From assembly GCA_050951325.1 (NCBI GenBank), contig JBMNIW010000012.1:704001-768000 (forward strand): 64,000 nucleotides of DNA, in the 5' to 3' direction. The stretch is from Clostridia bacterium (GTDB lineage Bacteria > Bacillota > Clostridia > UBA1212 > DUPL01). Below, piece after piece: positions 1 through 10,242 of this stretch. Positions within the stretch are counted from its first letter, which is position 1. Each line of letters opens with the position of its first letter. Below the pieces are notes generated by a model, which was given only the letters and a program-made list of their open reading frames with translations, made no database searches and was not told where the DNA came from. A program made the position numbers and the translations under genes.

Positions 1-309
1 GGCTCTTACTCCACAAGATGGAGTGGTTTGGCTCCTTCAAATGACAGCATGAACTGGCTGAAAGTAGATCTGGAGGCGGTTTATGATATTGAGAATATCA
101 TAATATTCTGGGAAGCCTGCAATGTTTTTTACAGGGTGGAAACCTCTGTTGATGGTACCAATTGGACAAAGATTTTGGAAAAGAGCTCCAATCCCTCTCT
201 TTATGATGATATTAAGGTGGAGGGAGAGGTTAGATATATTAGGATTAGTGGTGAGAAGAACGGTTGGTTCAGTATATATGAGCTTGAAGCTTTTGAAAAG
301 GCAGGTTGA
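1..309 (+). CDS. C-terminal end of a protein with an F5/8 type C (discoidin/CBM32-like) domain; starts upstream of the window
   Basis: Frame +1 is open from base 1: 'STRWS..NWLKVDL..IIIFWE..VETSVDGTNWT..VRYIRI..SIYELEAF', the typical discoidin pattern. Confidence 0.8.
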   Translation, partial: GSYSTRWSGLAPSNDSMNWLKVDLEAVYDIENIIIFWEACNVFYRVETSVDGTNWTKILEKSSNPSLYDDIKVEGEVRYIRISGEKNGWFSIYELEAFEKAG

Positions 310-323
310 GCTTGATTTTTACA

Positions 324-356
324 ATAAGGGGTAAACTTAAAAGGGTTACCCCTTAT
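324..356 (+). terminator. Hairpin after the discoidin gene
   Basis: Inverted repeat ATAAGGGGTAA...TTACCCCTTAT; poly-U tail weak. Confidence 0.55.
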
Positions 357-381
357 GATGGTTCGATTCAAAAATTATTAG

Positions 382-411
382 TTGACACAGCTTGTTTATA
401 TGATATATAAT
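382..411 (+). promoter_or_regulatory. sigmaA-type promoter for rpsU
   Basis: TTGACA (382-387), 18 nt, TATAAT (406-411). Confidence 0.6.
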
Positions 412-511
412 ATGTTATGCGACACATTCTTTTATAATAAGGCTTAGGTGAATCGTCGAATTGAAAGGAAAATTGTGTCTTAAACCGCAACCGTGGAGGG
501 GAGGGGATGTC

Positions 512-685
512 ATGCCCGAAGTTAGAGTTAAGGAAAACGAGTCGTTAGATAGTGCTTTGAAGCGTTTCAAAAGATACTGTGCAAGAGACGGTGTTCTCGC
601 CGAATATCGCAAGAGGGAACATTACGAGAAGCCCAGTGTAAGAAGAAAAAAGAAAGCTGAAGCTGCAAGGAAACGCAAATATTAA
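512..685 (+). CDS. rpsU: 30S ribosomal protein S21
   Basis: [37 protein letters not shown]; GGAGG RBS before ATG 512. Confidence 0.98.
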   Translation: MPEVRVKENESLDSALKRFKRYCARDGVLAEYRKREHYEKPSVRRKKKAEAARKRKY

Positions 686-727
686 TAATTGTTTCTTTTC
701 CAAAGCGGTTATAGTTCAAAAACTAAC

Positions 728-755
728 AAAGACCTTCTGTTGCGAGGTCTTTTTG
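728..755 (+). terminator. Intrinsic terminator of rpsU
   Basis: AAAGACCT...AGGTCTTTTT. Confidence 0.75.
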
Positions 756-784
756 TTTTATATTGCAGTACAAGGAGAAAATAA

Positions 785-2836
785 ATGTTTGAAAAAAGCT
801 GGAGAATCCGCAGTCGATGCATGAGTGAAGAAGACACCGGTTTTTTAGCAAGAAAATTCAATGTGCCTGAATACATAATTGACATATTAAGCAAACGGGG
901 CGTTTGCAGCGAGGAGGATATCGAAAGCTTTCTAAATCCTCAGTTGAACATGTTGACGGATCCAATGATGCTTAAGGACATGGAAGAAGCCGTGGAGAGA
1001 ATACTTCACAGCAGCGACATTGGAGAAAAGGTCACAATATATGGCGATTATGATGCTGATGGGATAACATCCACAAGCATACTGTATCATTTTCTGACAT
1101 GTTTTCTTGATATTGATGTTGACTTTTACATTCCAGACAGGTTGTCGGAAGGCTATGGCATGAGTGTGGAAGCCATCGATTACATAAGTTCAAGAGGAAC
1201 AAGCTTGATTATTACTGTCGATTGCGGCATAAGGAATCATGAAGAAATAGAGTATGCCAAAAGCAAGGGTATTGATGTAGTTGTAACAGATCATCATCAG
1301 TGTGGTGAAACGATTCCGGATTGCGTTGCATGCGTAAATCCAACAAGGCCGGATTGTCCATTTCCACACAAGGATCTGGCAGGGGTTGGAGTTACGTTCA
1401 AACTTATGTCCGCACTTGGCTATGCCATTGGTCTTGATGAGGAAGTTTATGAATACCTGCCTATTGTTGCGATTGGTACAATTGGAGATGCGGTTCCCTT
1501 AACGGGTGAAAACCGCATCTACGTGAAAAATGGGCTTGAGATGGTGGAAAGAGGAGTCTGGATTGGTCTAACAAAATTAATTGAACTTTCCAACGGTAAA
1601 AATGGTGTCAATCTGACTGCAACGTACATAGCATTTAATGTGGTGCCGAAAATAAATGCGGCGGGCAGAATGGGTGAAGCCTCAAGAGCTGTATATCTTC
1701 TTCTTACTGATGACGAAGATGTTGCAGGAGGCTATGCCATGGAACTTGTTAGCGAGAACGCAAGAAGGCAGGAGCTTGAGGCAAAGACTTTACAGGAAGC
1801 CCTGTTGCCTGAGAATCTAAAGTCAAAGGATGAGGATTCGGTTGTAATTGCGGTGGGGAAAAACTGGCATCACGGCGTTATCGGTATAGTAGCTGCAAGG
1901 CTTATGGAGAGGTTCAACAAGCCGGCAATAGTGCTTGCTTATGAAGAGGATTCGGATTTTCTTGTCAGAGGTTCAGCAAGAAGTGTGGAAGGGTTCAATC
2001 TCTACAAAGGACTTTCAATGGCTGAAGATTTGCTGATTAAGTTTGGTGGACACGAGATGGCGGCAGGCCTTACAATGGATGTGGCCAACATACCAAAAGT
2101 GATTGAGATATTGAATGAGTATGCTGTTAAGGAAGCGGAAGTAAGTTTCAGGATTCCATACCTTGAAATAGATGGAGTTGTTGGGCATGAGGATTTGACG
2201 CTGGAAAACGCAAGACTTCTAAAAATAATTGAACCCTACGGTCAGGGCAATGAAGTTCCTGTATTATGTGCCACGAATTTAAGGGTGGCTTCATGCTCCA
2301 AGATTGGGAATGACAAACACTTGAGAATTAATTTTCAGACAGAGAATGGAAATGTTGTTCAAGGTGTTGCATTCAGCAAAGGACCTTTTTGCTCGATTAT
2401 AAGCAGTCTTGAGTGTGTATCTGTTGCATTCCGCATGGAGGTGAACAGTTACAACAACACCGAGAGTCTTTCCCTGATTGTTGAAGACATTCATGACTGC
2501 GGGCTGAATATTGAAAATCCAACAGAAAAAAGGTATAATAACGATTATTGTATGAGCAACAGTTTTACGCTTACAAGACGTGATATGCTGCTGTTTTACA
2601 AGGTGTTAAGAAAATTTTACAAAGATGGATTTAGGTTTTATGACTTATACAATATAAGAAGAATTTTACAAAGTGAAGGATTCAACTGGTACAAGTTAAG
2701 AAAGGCTCTTGATGTATTTATAGAGCTGGATTTAGTTAGAAGAGACACAAAAGAGATTTACACTTTGAATTTGGATGCTGAAAAAGTGGAACTTGATACA
2801 TCCCATTTATACAAAGCATTAAATGGTGAAAGATAA
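785..2836 (+). CDS. recJ: Single-stranded-DNA exonuclease RecJ
   Basis: YGDYDADG, ITVDCG, TDHH, PKINAAGR, RGSARS and FGGHEMAAG motifs. Confidence 0.97.
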   Translation: MFEKSWRIRSRCMSEEDTGFLARKFNVPEYIIDILSKRGVCSEEDIESFLNPQLNMLTDPMMLKDMEEAVERILHSSDIGEKVTIYGDYDADGITSTSILYHFLTCFLDIDVDFYIPDRLSEGYGMSVEAIDYISSRGTSLIITVDCGIRNHEEIEYAKSKGIDVVVTDHHQCGETIPDCVACVNPTRPDCPFPHKDLAGVGVTFKLMSALGYAIGLDEEVYEYLPIVAIGTIGDAVPLTGENRIYVKNGLEMVERGVWIGLTKLIELSNGKNGVNLTATYIAFNVVPKINAAGRMGEASRAVYLLLTDDEDVAGGYAMELVSENARRQELEAKTLQEALLPENLKSKDEDSVVIAVGKNWHHGVIGIVAARLMERFNKPAIVLAYEEDSDFLVRGSARSVEGFNLYKGLSMAEDLLIKFGGHEMAAGLTMDVANIPKVIEILNEYAVKEAEVSFRIPYLEIDGVVGHEDLTLENARLLKIIEPYGQGNEVPVLCATNLRVASCSKIGNDKHLRINFQTENGNVVQGVAFSKGPFCSIISSLECVSVAFRMEVNSYNNTESLSLIVEDIHDCGLNIENPTEKRYNNDYCMSNSFTLTRRDMLLFYKVLRKFYKDGFRFYDLYNIRRILQSEGFNWYKLRKALDVFIELDLVRRDTKEIYTLNLDAEKVELDTSHLYKALNGER

Positions 2837-2869
2837 GCAATACTAAAAAGTAGCAGAGGAGGTAGCGCA

Positions 2870-5050
2870 ATGAACGATAATGCAAAGTTGGAACAGTTGA
2901 TAAATATGATATTGTCGTACAATCCTGGAGCAGACATAGCCTTGCTTGAAAAGGCGCATGCGTTTGCAACAGAAAGACATGCTGCCCAAAAAAGAAAATC
3001 AGGCGAAGCATTTATCGTTCATCCGGAGTCAGTAGCTATTATGCTGGCTGAAATGGAAATGGATTTGCCTACCATAATTGCTGGAATGCTGCATGATGTG
3101 ATAGAAGACACCTCAACAACTTTCGAGGAAGTTGAGTCTGAATTCGGTCATGAAATAGCATATCTGGTGGACGGGGTTACAAAACTTAAAAGAATCCCTA
3201 CCACCACAAAAGAAGAGCTTCAGGCTGAAAATCTTCGAAAGATGTTTCTCAAGATGGCGGACGATATTCGTGTCATCCTCATAAAACTGGTCGACAGGCT
3301 TCACAACATGAGAACCCTTCAATATTTGAATACTGATTCACAAATAACGAAGGCAAGGGAGACTTTGGAGATATATACTCCAATTGCCCATAGGCTCGGT
3401 ATAACCAAGATTAAATGGGAGCTTGAGGATCTGTGTCTTAAATACCTGGAGCCTGAGACCTATGAAAATTTGCAAAACCAGATAAAGCAGAAAAGAGAAG
3501 AGCAGGAAGAATATATCAAGCTCATTCTTGAGAAGATAAAGGAAAGAACACAAGAGATCAACATAAATGCACATCTTGACGGAAGGCCCAAACACCTGTA
3601 CAGCATTCACAAGAAAATGGTACGTCAAGGGAAAACCCTGGATCAGATATATGACCTAATAGCTGTCAGGGTGATTGTTGATACAGTCAAGGAATGCTAT
3701 ATGGTGTTGGGAATAATTCATGAGCTGTTCAAGCCAATGCCAGGCAGATTCAAAGACTACATTGCCATGCCTAAACCCAACATGTATCAGTCACTGCATA
3801 CAACCCTCATTGGTCCTGACGGGCTTCCTTTTGAGGCTCAGATAAGGACTTGGGAGATGCACAAGGTGGCGGAGATTGGAATTGCAGCCCACTGGAAGTA
3901 CAAGGGCGGAAAAAGCGATCCCGAGTTTGAGAACAAGATCGAGTGGATAAGAAACCTTCTTAATCTGCAGAACGATACAAGGGATCCCAGTGATTTTGTG
4001 GAAACCTTCAAGATGGACCTATTCACAGACGAGGTTTATGTGTTTACGCCAAAAGGTGATGTAATAAGTTTGCCGGCGGGTTCCACACCCATAGACTTTG
4101 CCTATGCCATTCACAGTGCAATTGGAAACAGGATGATTGGCGCAAAAGTCAACAGTGAAATAAAGCCATTGACATACAAGCTCAAAACCGGTGAGATTGT
4201 TGAGATAATAACAACCAAGGACCCAAACCATGGTCCGTCAAGGGATTGGCTGAACATAGTAAAAAGTTCGGAAGCAAAAAGCAAGATTCGACAATGGTTC
4301 AAGAAGGAAAGAAGAGAAGAGAATATTGAGCGCGGCAAGACAATGATTGAAAAAGAGCTTAAAAAACAGGGTTATACCCATGCCCAGCTCTTTAAAGCTG
4401 ACTGGCTTGAAGCACTGTTGAAAAGATACAATCTGAACACCCTTGATGACTTGTACAATGTTATTGGGTTTGGTGAAATGAGTGCCCAGAAGGTTGTAAC
4501 AAGACTCAGGGATGAATACCTGAAGACTGTAACTGACAAGGAAGAGCTTGCAAAGCAGGAGGCAAAGAAGGAAACCAAGAAGGATGAGCCAATAAGGTAT
4601 TCCGAAAACGGCATAATAGTCAAGGGTATAGAAAACTGTTTGGTAAGACTTGCAAGATGCTGCAACCCTGTGCCTGGTGACTCCATAGTAGGATACGTAA
4701 CAAGGGGCAGGGGAGTCAGCGTACACAGATCCGACTGCCCGAATGTTGCAACACTTGCCGAGATGGAAAGCAGACTGATAGATGTCAGGTGGGCTGACAA
4801 GGGCAAGAACAGCTATGTGGCAGAGATTGAAATTACAGCGGTTGACAGGAGTAAACTGCTCCTTGAAATTGCCAACATCATTGCGGAAGCCCAGCTGAAT
4901 ATGAAGGCGATAAATGCAAGAGCCACCAAGGATAATTACGACGTTATTGATATAATGATTGAAATATCAGACAGGAACGAGCTTGAAAAGCTCATAAAGA
5001 GGCTTAAGAGCGTGGAAAATGTATTAAGTGTAAGCAGGACGGTGAAGTAA
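2870..5050 (+). CDS. relA: Bifunctional (p)ppGpp synthetase/hydrolase (RelA/SpoT homolog)
   Basis: LHDVIED hydrolase, RFKDYIAMPKPNMYQSLHT synthetase, TGS (TPIDFAYAIH), CCNPVPGD and C-terminal ACT domain. Confidence 0.98.
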   Translation: MNDNAKLEQLINMILSYNPGADIALLEKAHAFATERHAAQKRKSGEAFIVHPESVAIMLAEMEMDLPTIIAGMLHDVIEDTSTTFEEVESEFGHEIAYLVDGVTKLKRIPTTTKEELQAENLRKMFLKMADDIRVILIKLVDRLHNMRTLQYLNTDSQITKARETLEIYTPIAHRLGITKIKWELEDLCLKYLEPETYENLQNQIKQKREEQEEYIKLILEKIKERTQEININAHLDGRPKHLYSIHKKMVRQGKTLDQIYDLIAVRVIVDTVKECYMVLGIIHELFKPMPGRFKDYIAMPKPNMYQSLHTTLIGPDGLPFEAQIRTWEMHKVAEIGIAAHWKYKGGKSDPEFENKIEWIRNLLNLQNDTRDPSDFVETFKMDLFTDEVYVFTPKGDVISLPAGSTPIDFAYAIHSAIGNRMIGAKVNSEIKPLTYKLKTGEIVEIITTKDPNHGPSRDWLNIVKSSEAKSKIRQWFKKERREENIERGKTMIEKELKKQGYTHAQLFKADWLEALLKRYNLNTLDDLYNVIGFGEMSAQKVVTRLRDEYLKTVTDKEELAKQEAKKETKKDEPIRYSENGIIVKGIENCLVRLARCCNPVPGDSIVGYVTRGRGVSVHRSDCPNVATLAEMESRLIDVRWADKGKNSYVAEIEITAVDRSKLLLEIANIIAEAQLNMKAINARATKDNYDVIDIMIEISDRNELEKLIKRLKSVENVLSVSRTVK

Positions 5051-5515
5051 TTGAGAGCGGTAGTACAGAGGGTCACAACCTCCAGCGTTTCAGTTGACGG
5101 AGAAGTAGTTGGCAAGATAGGAAAGGGGCTGAACGTGCTGGTAGGTGTCGGCGAAGGTGATACGGAAGCTGATTGTGAATACATGGCCAACAAGATAACA
5201 GGTTTAAGAATATTTGACGATGGAGAAGGGAAGATGAATCTTTCCCTTCTTGATTTAATGGACAAGAATATTGAAGTGGGAATGCTCATTATCTCACAGT
5301 TTACACTGTATGGAGACTGTAGAAAAGGCAAAAGACCGTCGTATACAAGAGCGGAAGAGCCTCAAAGAGCAAATTACCTGCATGAGTACTTTGTGAATTT
5401 GTGTAAAGACAAAGGAATTCATGTGGAGACAGGCATCTTCCAGGCAAACATGCAGGTTGAAATACACAATGACGGACCCGTCACATTGCTTGTGGACAGC
5501 AAGAAAGAATTCTAG
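5051..5515 (+). CDS. dtd: D-aminoacyl-tRNA deacylase
   Basis: MRAVVQRV, SQFTL and NDGPVT motifs; directly after rel. Confidence 0.97.
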   Translation: MRAVVQRVTTSSVSVDGEVVGKIGKGLNVLVGVGEGDTEADCEYMANKITGLRIFDDGEGKMNLSLLDLMDKNIEVGMLIISQFTLYGDCRKGKRPSYTRAEEPQRANYLHEYFVNLCKDKGIHVETGIFQANMQVEIHNDGPVTLLVDSKKEF

Positions 5516-5526
5516 CGGAGGTAACA

Positions 5527-6174
5527 ATGACAAGAGTAGAAGGCCCTTTTACGTATAGAAGACTTGGAAATGGTGTTCTTTCATCAAACACATATATTGT
5601 GTGGGATGAAACCAAAACTTGTGCCGTTATAGATCCAGGCAATGATGCAAATAAAATAGCAAAAGAAGTTGAAAAATACGAATTGACTGTGAAGTATATT
5701 ATTCTTACCCACAGTCATTACGACCATATTTTCTATCTTGAGGAACTTAAAAACATGTTTCCCGAGAGCGTTGCTGTCTGCCATAAAATTGAAAACGAGA
5801 ATCTGTCAAACCCTTATAAAAACGGTTCTCTTTTGTTTGGTTCAGCAAAAACCTTTGAAAAGGCGGATGAGACTGTAACAGATGGAGATATTCTAAACCT
5901 CGGAAAAGAGGAGCTTAAGATAATACACACCCCTGGACATACCGAAGGGGGTATTTGCATACAGGCTGGAAAGCTTCTCTTTACCGGAGACACCTTGTTC
6001 TACAGAAGCATAGGAAGAACTGACCTGGGGGATGGAAACGATGAAAAGATGGCAAAGTCCCTTCTGAAACTTGCGGAAATGGATCCTTCCTTGATTGTTT
6101 TACCAGGACACGGAACTTTCAGCACAATAGGGGATGAAAGGAAGTTCAATCCATACATTGGAGGATTAAGTTGA
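5527..6174 (+). CDS. MBL-fold metallo-hydrolase (glyoxalase II-like)
   Basis: THSHYDH, HTPGHT, FTGDTLF and PGHG motifs; usual position after dtd. Confidence 0.92.
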   Translation: MTRVEGPFTYRRLGNGVLSSNTYIVWDETKTCAVIDPGNDANKIAKEVEKYELTVKYIILTHSHYDHIFYLEELKNMFPESVAVCHKIENENLSNPYKNGSLLFGSAKTFEKADETVTDGDILNLGKEELKIIHTPGHTEGGICIQAGKLLFTGDTLFYRSIGRTDLGDGNDEKMAKSLLKLAEMDPSLIVLPGHGTFSTIGDERKFNPYIGGLS

Positions 6175-7559
6175 GAATTACTGTTGAGCATCAAAATGAC
6201 AATTTACCTTATCATATTTTTGAAGCCATTCAGATTTTCTTTGGAGTAAAGAATGATTTCGTCTTTATACGCAACAGTGAATCCTTGAGAATCATGGTAA
6301 ACGATGGACAAGACGGAGTGCTTTGTATAGATGACACTGATAAAAAACAGTCAAAAAGAGACGTATATGTCTTTTTGTCCAAAGTACTTGGTTACGAATC
6401 CCCATGGGGCTGCATGACGGGCATAAGACCAGTAAAGGTTGCAAACACCCTATATGAAAGAAACTATACAACTGAAGATATTAGAAAACACTTTAAAGAG
6501 TTCTACCTGATTCGGGATGACAAGATAGAACTGATTATAAATACAGCGAATGTGCAAAAAAGGTTTCTTGAGGAGCAGAAAAGAAGCAATAACTATATTG
6601 GTTTTTATTCAGGCATTCCCTTCTGTCCCACAAGATGCCTGTACTGCTCTTTTACTTCAAATCCAATAGGCAGATACAAAAAGGTTGTTGACAAGTACCT
6701 TGATGTTCTGGAAGAGGAAATAAAGGGAACCGCACAACTTATAAAAGAGAAAAATCTCGTTATACGCACTCTTTATCTTGGAGGAGGGACTCCTACTTCG
6801 TTGAACGAGGAACAGTTTGAAAGATACCTTTCAATGTTGACTGACAATTTGGAACTCAGCTGCGTTTCAGAGTTCTCCCTTGAGGCGGGCAGGCCCGACT
6901 CAATTACACTTGAAAAACTGAGAATAGCCAGGAAGCACGGAGTAAACAGAATAAGTATTAATCCTCAGACCATGAACAACAAAACCTTGAAACTTATTGG
7001 CAGGATGCATACAAAAGAACAGATAATTGAAGCTTTTCATTTTGCACGCGAAACAGGGTTCGAGAACATTAATATGGATATAATTGCAGGGCTTCCGGAT
7101 GAAACTCTTGAAATGTTTGAAAACACACTGGAGGAAATAGAGAAGCTTGATCCGGACAGTCTGACGGTGCACACCCTCAGCATAAAAAAGGCAGCAAATC
7201 TTAAGGAAGATATTGAAAAGCAAAAACTTCTTAATGCGGAAATTGTTGACACGATGGTAGATAAAGCCGAAAACTTTGCATCCAGGTTGAACATGCGTCC
7301 ATATTACATGTACAGGCAGAAGAATATCTTGGGCAACCATGAGAATGTGGCATACTGCAAACAGGGATGCGAAAGCCCATACAACATACACATCATGGAA
7401 GAAGATCAAACCATAATGGCGGTAGGAGCTGGTGCGGTTACCAAGGTTGTATATGACAATGGGCGTATTGAAAGAGCTTTCAACATGAAAAGTGTGGAAG
7501 ATTACATTTCAAGGAAAGAAATCGGAATAGAAAGAAAGAGGGCACTTCTTTCGTTATAG
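6171..7559 (+). CDS. hemZ: HemZ-type radical SAM protein (HemN family)
   Basis: WGCMTGIRP, CPTRCLYC, GGGTPT, EAGRPDSI and PYYMYRQKN motifs. Confidence 0.9.
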   Translation: MRITVEHQNDNLPYHIFEAIQIFFGVKNDFVFIRNSESLRIMVNDGQDGVLCIDDTDKKQSKRDVYVFLSKVLGYESPWGCMTGIRPVKVANTLYERNYTTEDIRKHFKEFYLIRDDKIELIINTANVQKRFLEEQKRSNNYIGFYSGIPFCPTRCLYCSFTSNPIGRYKKVVDKYLDVLEEEIKGTAQLIKEKNLVIRTLYLGGGTPTSLNEEQFERYLSMLTDNLELSCVSEFSLEAGRPDSITLEKLRIARKHGVNRISINPQTMNNKTLKLIGRMHTKEQIIEAFHFARETGFENINMDIIAGLPDETLEMFENTLEEIEKLDPDSLTVHTLSIKKAANLKEDIEKQKLLNAEIVDTMVDKAENFASRLNMRPYYMYRQKNILGNHENVAYCKQGCESPYNIHIMEEDQTIMAVGAGAVTKVVYDNGRIERAFNMKSVEDYISRKEIGIERKRALLSL

Positions 7560-8228
7560 AAGTACCGCTCCGTTAATTACAAGTTTGAATTCAAGACCGA
7601 GATACTCTGCCGCTCTTCGGCATAAAAGCATTCTGTTTATAAATATCTCAAAGTATTCCATGACCGAGCACTGGGACGTATCAATATTAAGCGTCAGTGT
7701 TACGGTCTTTTCATTTGTATCCAAAATCAGGTCGGATTCATAAACTGCGTGGTTAACTCTGTCGTGAATGTCAAAGTCCACAGTGTTTTCCCTTGCTCTA
7801 ACCCTTGTTCTTCTAACATCGCTTTTGTCTGCGAGAATAAGAGCAGCTGCAACTGCATTCACCGGTGTGGCGGAGTCTTCGTCATGGTTGCCGATTGCGG
7901 AAACAATGACAGAAGCCTCTTCCGGGTCCATGCCAATTTCACCTAGAATTCTAAAGGCCATCAATGCACCGCTGTGGGCATGATTATGTCTGTTGACTAC
8001 ATTGCCAATATCATGCATATATCCTGCAATTCTTGCAAGTTCCACAGTTCTGTCGTCGTATCCAAGACGGGCTAACATTTCAGCTGCATTCACTGCGGTC
8101 TTGGTCACATGGGCAAAGGAATGCTCCGTGTAGCCCATGGCTTCCATGACCTTGTCCGCATATTTTATATACGTCTTTACCTCATTGTTGTTCTTAATAT
8201 CTTCAAAAGATATTTTTTTGTATTCCAT
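7554..8228 (-). CDS. HD-domain phosphohydrolase
   Basis: TEHSFAH, MHDIGN, HDE and ADKSD motifs. Confidence 0.88.
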   Translation of the reverse strand: MEYKKISFEDIKNNNEVKTYIKYADKVMEAMGYTEHSFAHVTKTAVNAAEMLARLGYDDRTVELARIAGYMHDIGNVVNRHNHAHSGALMAFRILGEIGMDPEEASVIVSAIGNHDEDSATPVNAVAAALILADKSDVRRTRVRARENTVDFDIHDRVNHAVYESDLILDTNEKTVTLTLNIDTSQCSVMEYFEIFINRMLLCRRAAEYLGLEFKLVINGAVLL

Positions 8229-8250
8229 ACAACATCCCTATTTCAATATT

Positions 8251-9810
8251 TTAAGCTTTTGACAGCTCCTTTGCTTTTTCGAAATCATCCAGTATCTCTT
8301 CCCCAGGCTTTTCTGTAAACTGAGATACCACGAATATGAAAATGCAGGAAATTATAAATGATGGGAGGAGTTCATAAACAGCAAAGACTCCGCCAAGTTT
8401 ACTTATGCCAAGCTTCCAGGTGAAGACTGAAAGTCCGCCTGAAAGCATTCCTGCAATTGCGCCGTGGTATGTTGTTCTCTTGTAGAAAAGTGAGAACAAT
8501 AGAAGCGGACCAAAGGTTGCTCCAAAACCAGCCCAGGCAAAGGATACAATTTCAAAGATTATGCTTTCTTCATCCAATGCAATGAGTACACCAATTATTG
8601 TAATTATAACGAGTGTAATCCTTGTTGCAAAGAGCACTTTCTTGTCATCAGCATCCTTCTTTATTGTACCCTGATAAATATTTTTTGCAACAGCAGATGC
8701 AGCTATGAGCAGGTATGAGTCGGACGAACTTATTGTTGCGGCAAGAATACCTGCCATAACAATACCTGCAGCAAGTGGTGGCAGAAGTTTTTGTGAAATT
8801 AAGATAAATATACTCTCAGCTTCATTTGCTGATAAAAAAGCAGTTGGGTATATGTTTCTACCTACAAGACCAATAAATACAGCCGCAGTGAGTGATATTA
8901 ACACCCATACGGTTGCAATTCTTCTGGATTTCTTAAGTTCTTGCGGATCCCTTATAGCCATAAATCTAAGAAGAACCTGAGGAACTCCAAAGTATCCAAG
9001 ACCCCATGCCATGGTTGAAACAATTGTAATCCAGCCGAATCTTTGAGCTTCACCAAAGACTGGAGCACTGTCCTTTACAACCTGCACACCATTTTCAACC
9101 GTCGGTGAAGCTGAAAAGAAGAAATCGAGGAAACCGGGAATATTCTTTACATTTTCAAATATGTTGGAAATTCCGCCTGCTGCATAGGAACCCAGTATAA
9201 AAACTGTAACAAGGGCAAAAATCATTACTATTGCCTGCAGCAAGTCGGATACGCTTTCAGCAAGGAATCCACCGAGGAACGTGTAGCCCAGAACAAAAAC
9301 AGCACCCAGTATAACCATGCTGATGTAGGGCATGCCGAATAGATTGGAGAAAAGTTTTCCACAGGTTACAAAGCAGCTGCCCACATAGACTGTGAAGAAG
9401 ATAAGGATAAACAATGCTGAAATTGTCAGTATTGCTTTTTTCTTTTCTCTGAATCTGTTGCTGAAAAAACCCGGTATTGTAAATGAATCGTTTGCCACAT
9501 GGGAATAGTTTCTTAGTCTTTTTGCGACTATAAGCCAGTTTAAATATGTACCTAGAGCAAGACCAATGGCTGTCCATGCGGCTTCGGATACGCCGATCCA
9601 GTATGCGACACCTGGTAATCCCATTAGAAGCCATCCGCTCATGTCGGAAGCTTCCGCACTCAAAGCAGACACCCATGGACCCAAGGATCGGCCGCCAATA
9701 AAATAGTTCTCAGGATTTTTATTCGCCCTTTTGGCAAAGTAAATGCCTATCCCGATAATTACTGCCATGTATGAGCTCATGGCAATCAGTATTTGTATTC
9801 TGTCACTCAT
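8251..9810 (-). CDS. putP: Sodium/proline symporter (SSS family)
   Basis: YFIGGRSLGPWVSALSAEASDMSGWLLMGLPG and WGLGYFG.PQ motifs; many TM helices; start may be 9825. Confidence 0.88.
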   Translation of the reverse strand: MSDRIQILIAMSSYMAVIIGIGIYFAKRANKNPENYFIGGRSLGPWVSALSAEASDMSGWLLMGLPGVAYWIGVSEAAWTAIGLALGTYLNWLIVAKRLRNYSHVANDSFTIPGFFSNRFREKKKAILTISALFILIFFTVYVGSCFVTCGKLFSNLFGMPYISMVILGAVFVLGYTFLGGFLAESVSDLLQAIVMIFALVTVFILGSYAAGGISNIFENVKNIPGFLDFFFSASPTVENGVQVVKDSAPVFGEAQRFGWITIVSTMAWGLGYFGVPQVLLRFMAIRDPQELKKSRRIATVWVLISLTAAVFIGLVGRNIYPTAFLSANEAESIFILISQKLLPPLAAGIVMAGILAATISSSDSYLLIAASAVAKNIYQGTIKKDADDKKVLFATRITLVIITIIGVLIALDEESIIFEIVSFAWAGFGATFGPLLLFSLFYKRTTYHGAIAGMLSGGLSVFTWKLGISKLGGVFAVYELLPSFIISCIFIFVVSQFTEKPGEEILDDFEKAKELSKA

Positions 9811-9908
9811 TTGCACACCATCCATATTTTATTAAGTTAACGTGATAAAGCACGCTCTAGCATGATATCAAATCTTTAATGACATTTCAACACTTTTTGT
9901 CAAGGATA

Positions 9909-9937
9909 TTGACAAGTGATATCACATTCGCTATAAT
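9909..9937 (+). promoter_or_regulatory. Consensus sigmaA promoter driving the T-box leader
   Basis: TTGACA (9909-9914), 17 nt, TATAAT (9932-9937). Confidence 0.85.
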
Positions 9938-9959
9938 TAACTGCAAAAATATAGCCAAA

Positions 9960-10203
9960 TACTATGAAGAAAAGTAGTAGCTGTAAGATGACTCCAAGAG
10001 AGCTTCGGGTTGGTGGGACGGAGCAGTATTAATACAGCGAACTCGTTTCGGAGTATCTAAGGTGAAAAAAAGTAATCTTAGGCGTCAGCAGGCGTTAACT
10101 GCATTAAAGGGAGCAGGCAACAATGGTTGTTTGCTAATAAGAGTGGTACCGCGGAGAAATACGTCTTCGTCTCTTTTGCACAAAGGGATGAAGGCTTTTT
10201 TTA
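9960..10203 (+). ncRNA. T-box riboswitch, probable Leu specificity (CUC specifier)
   Basis: Stem I with GCTGTA/TACAGC helix, AGAGA and GGTG distal motifs, AGTA/GAA loop E followed by CTC (10042-10044); T-box AAGAGTGGTACCGCG (TGGTACC 10144-10150); overlapping terminator 10165-10202 ending in T7. Confidence 0.92.
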
Positions 10204-10242
10204 TAGCCTTCATCATGAAAAAATACGAAGGAGTTTGGTAGT

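Noticed and set aside
461-511. N-terminal extension of rpsU in the ORF track
   Set aside because: S21 similarity starts at MPEV and the RBS precedes ATG 512
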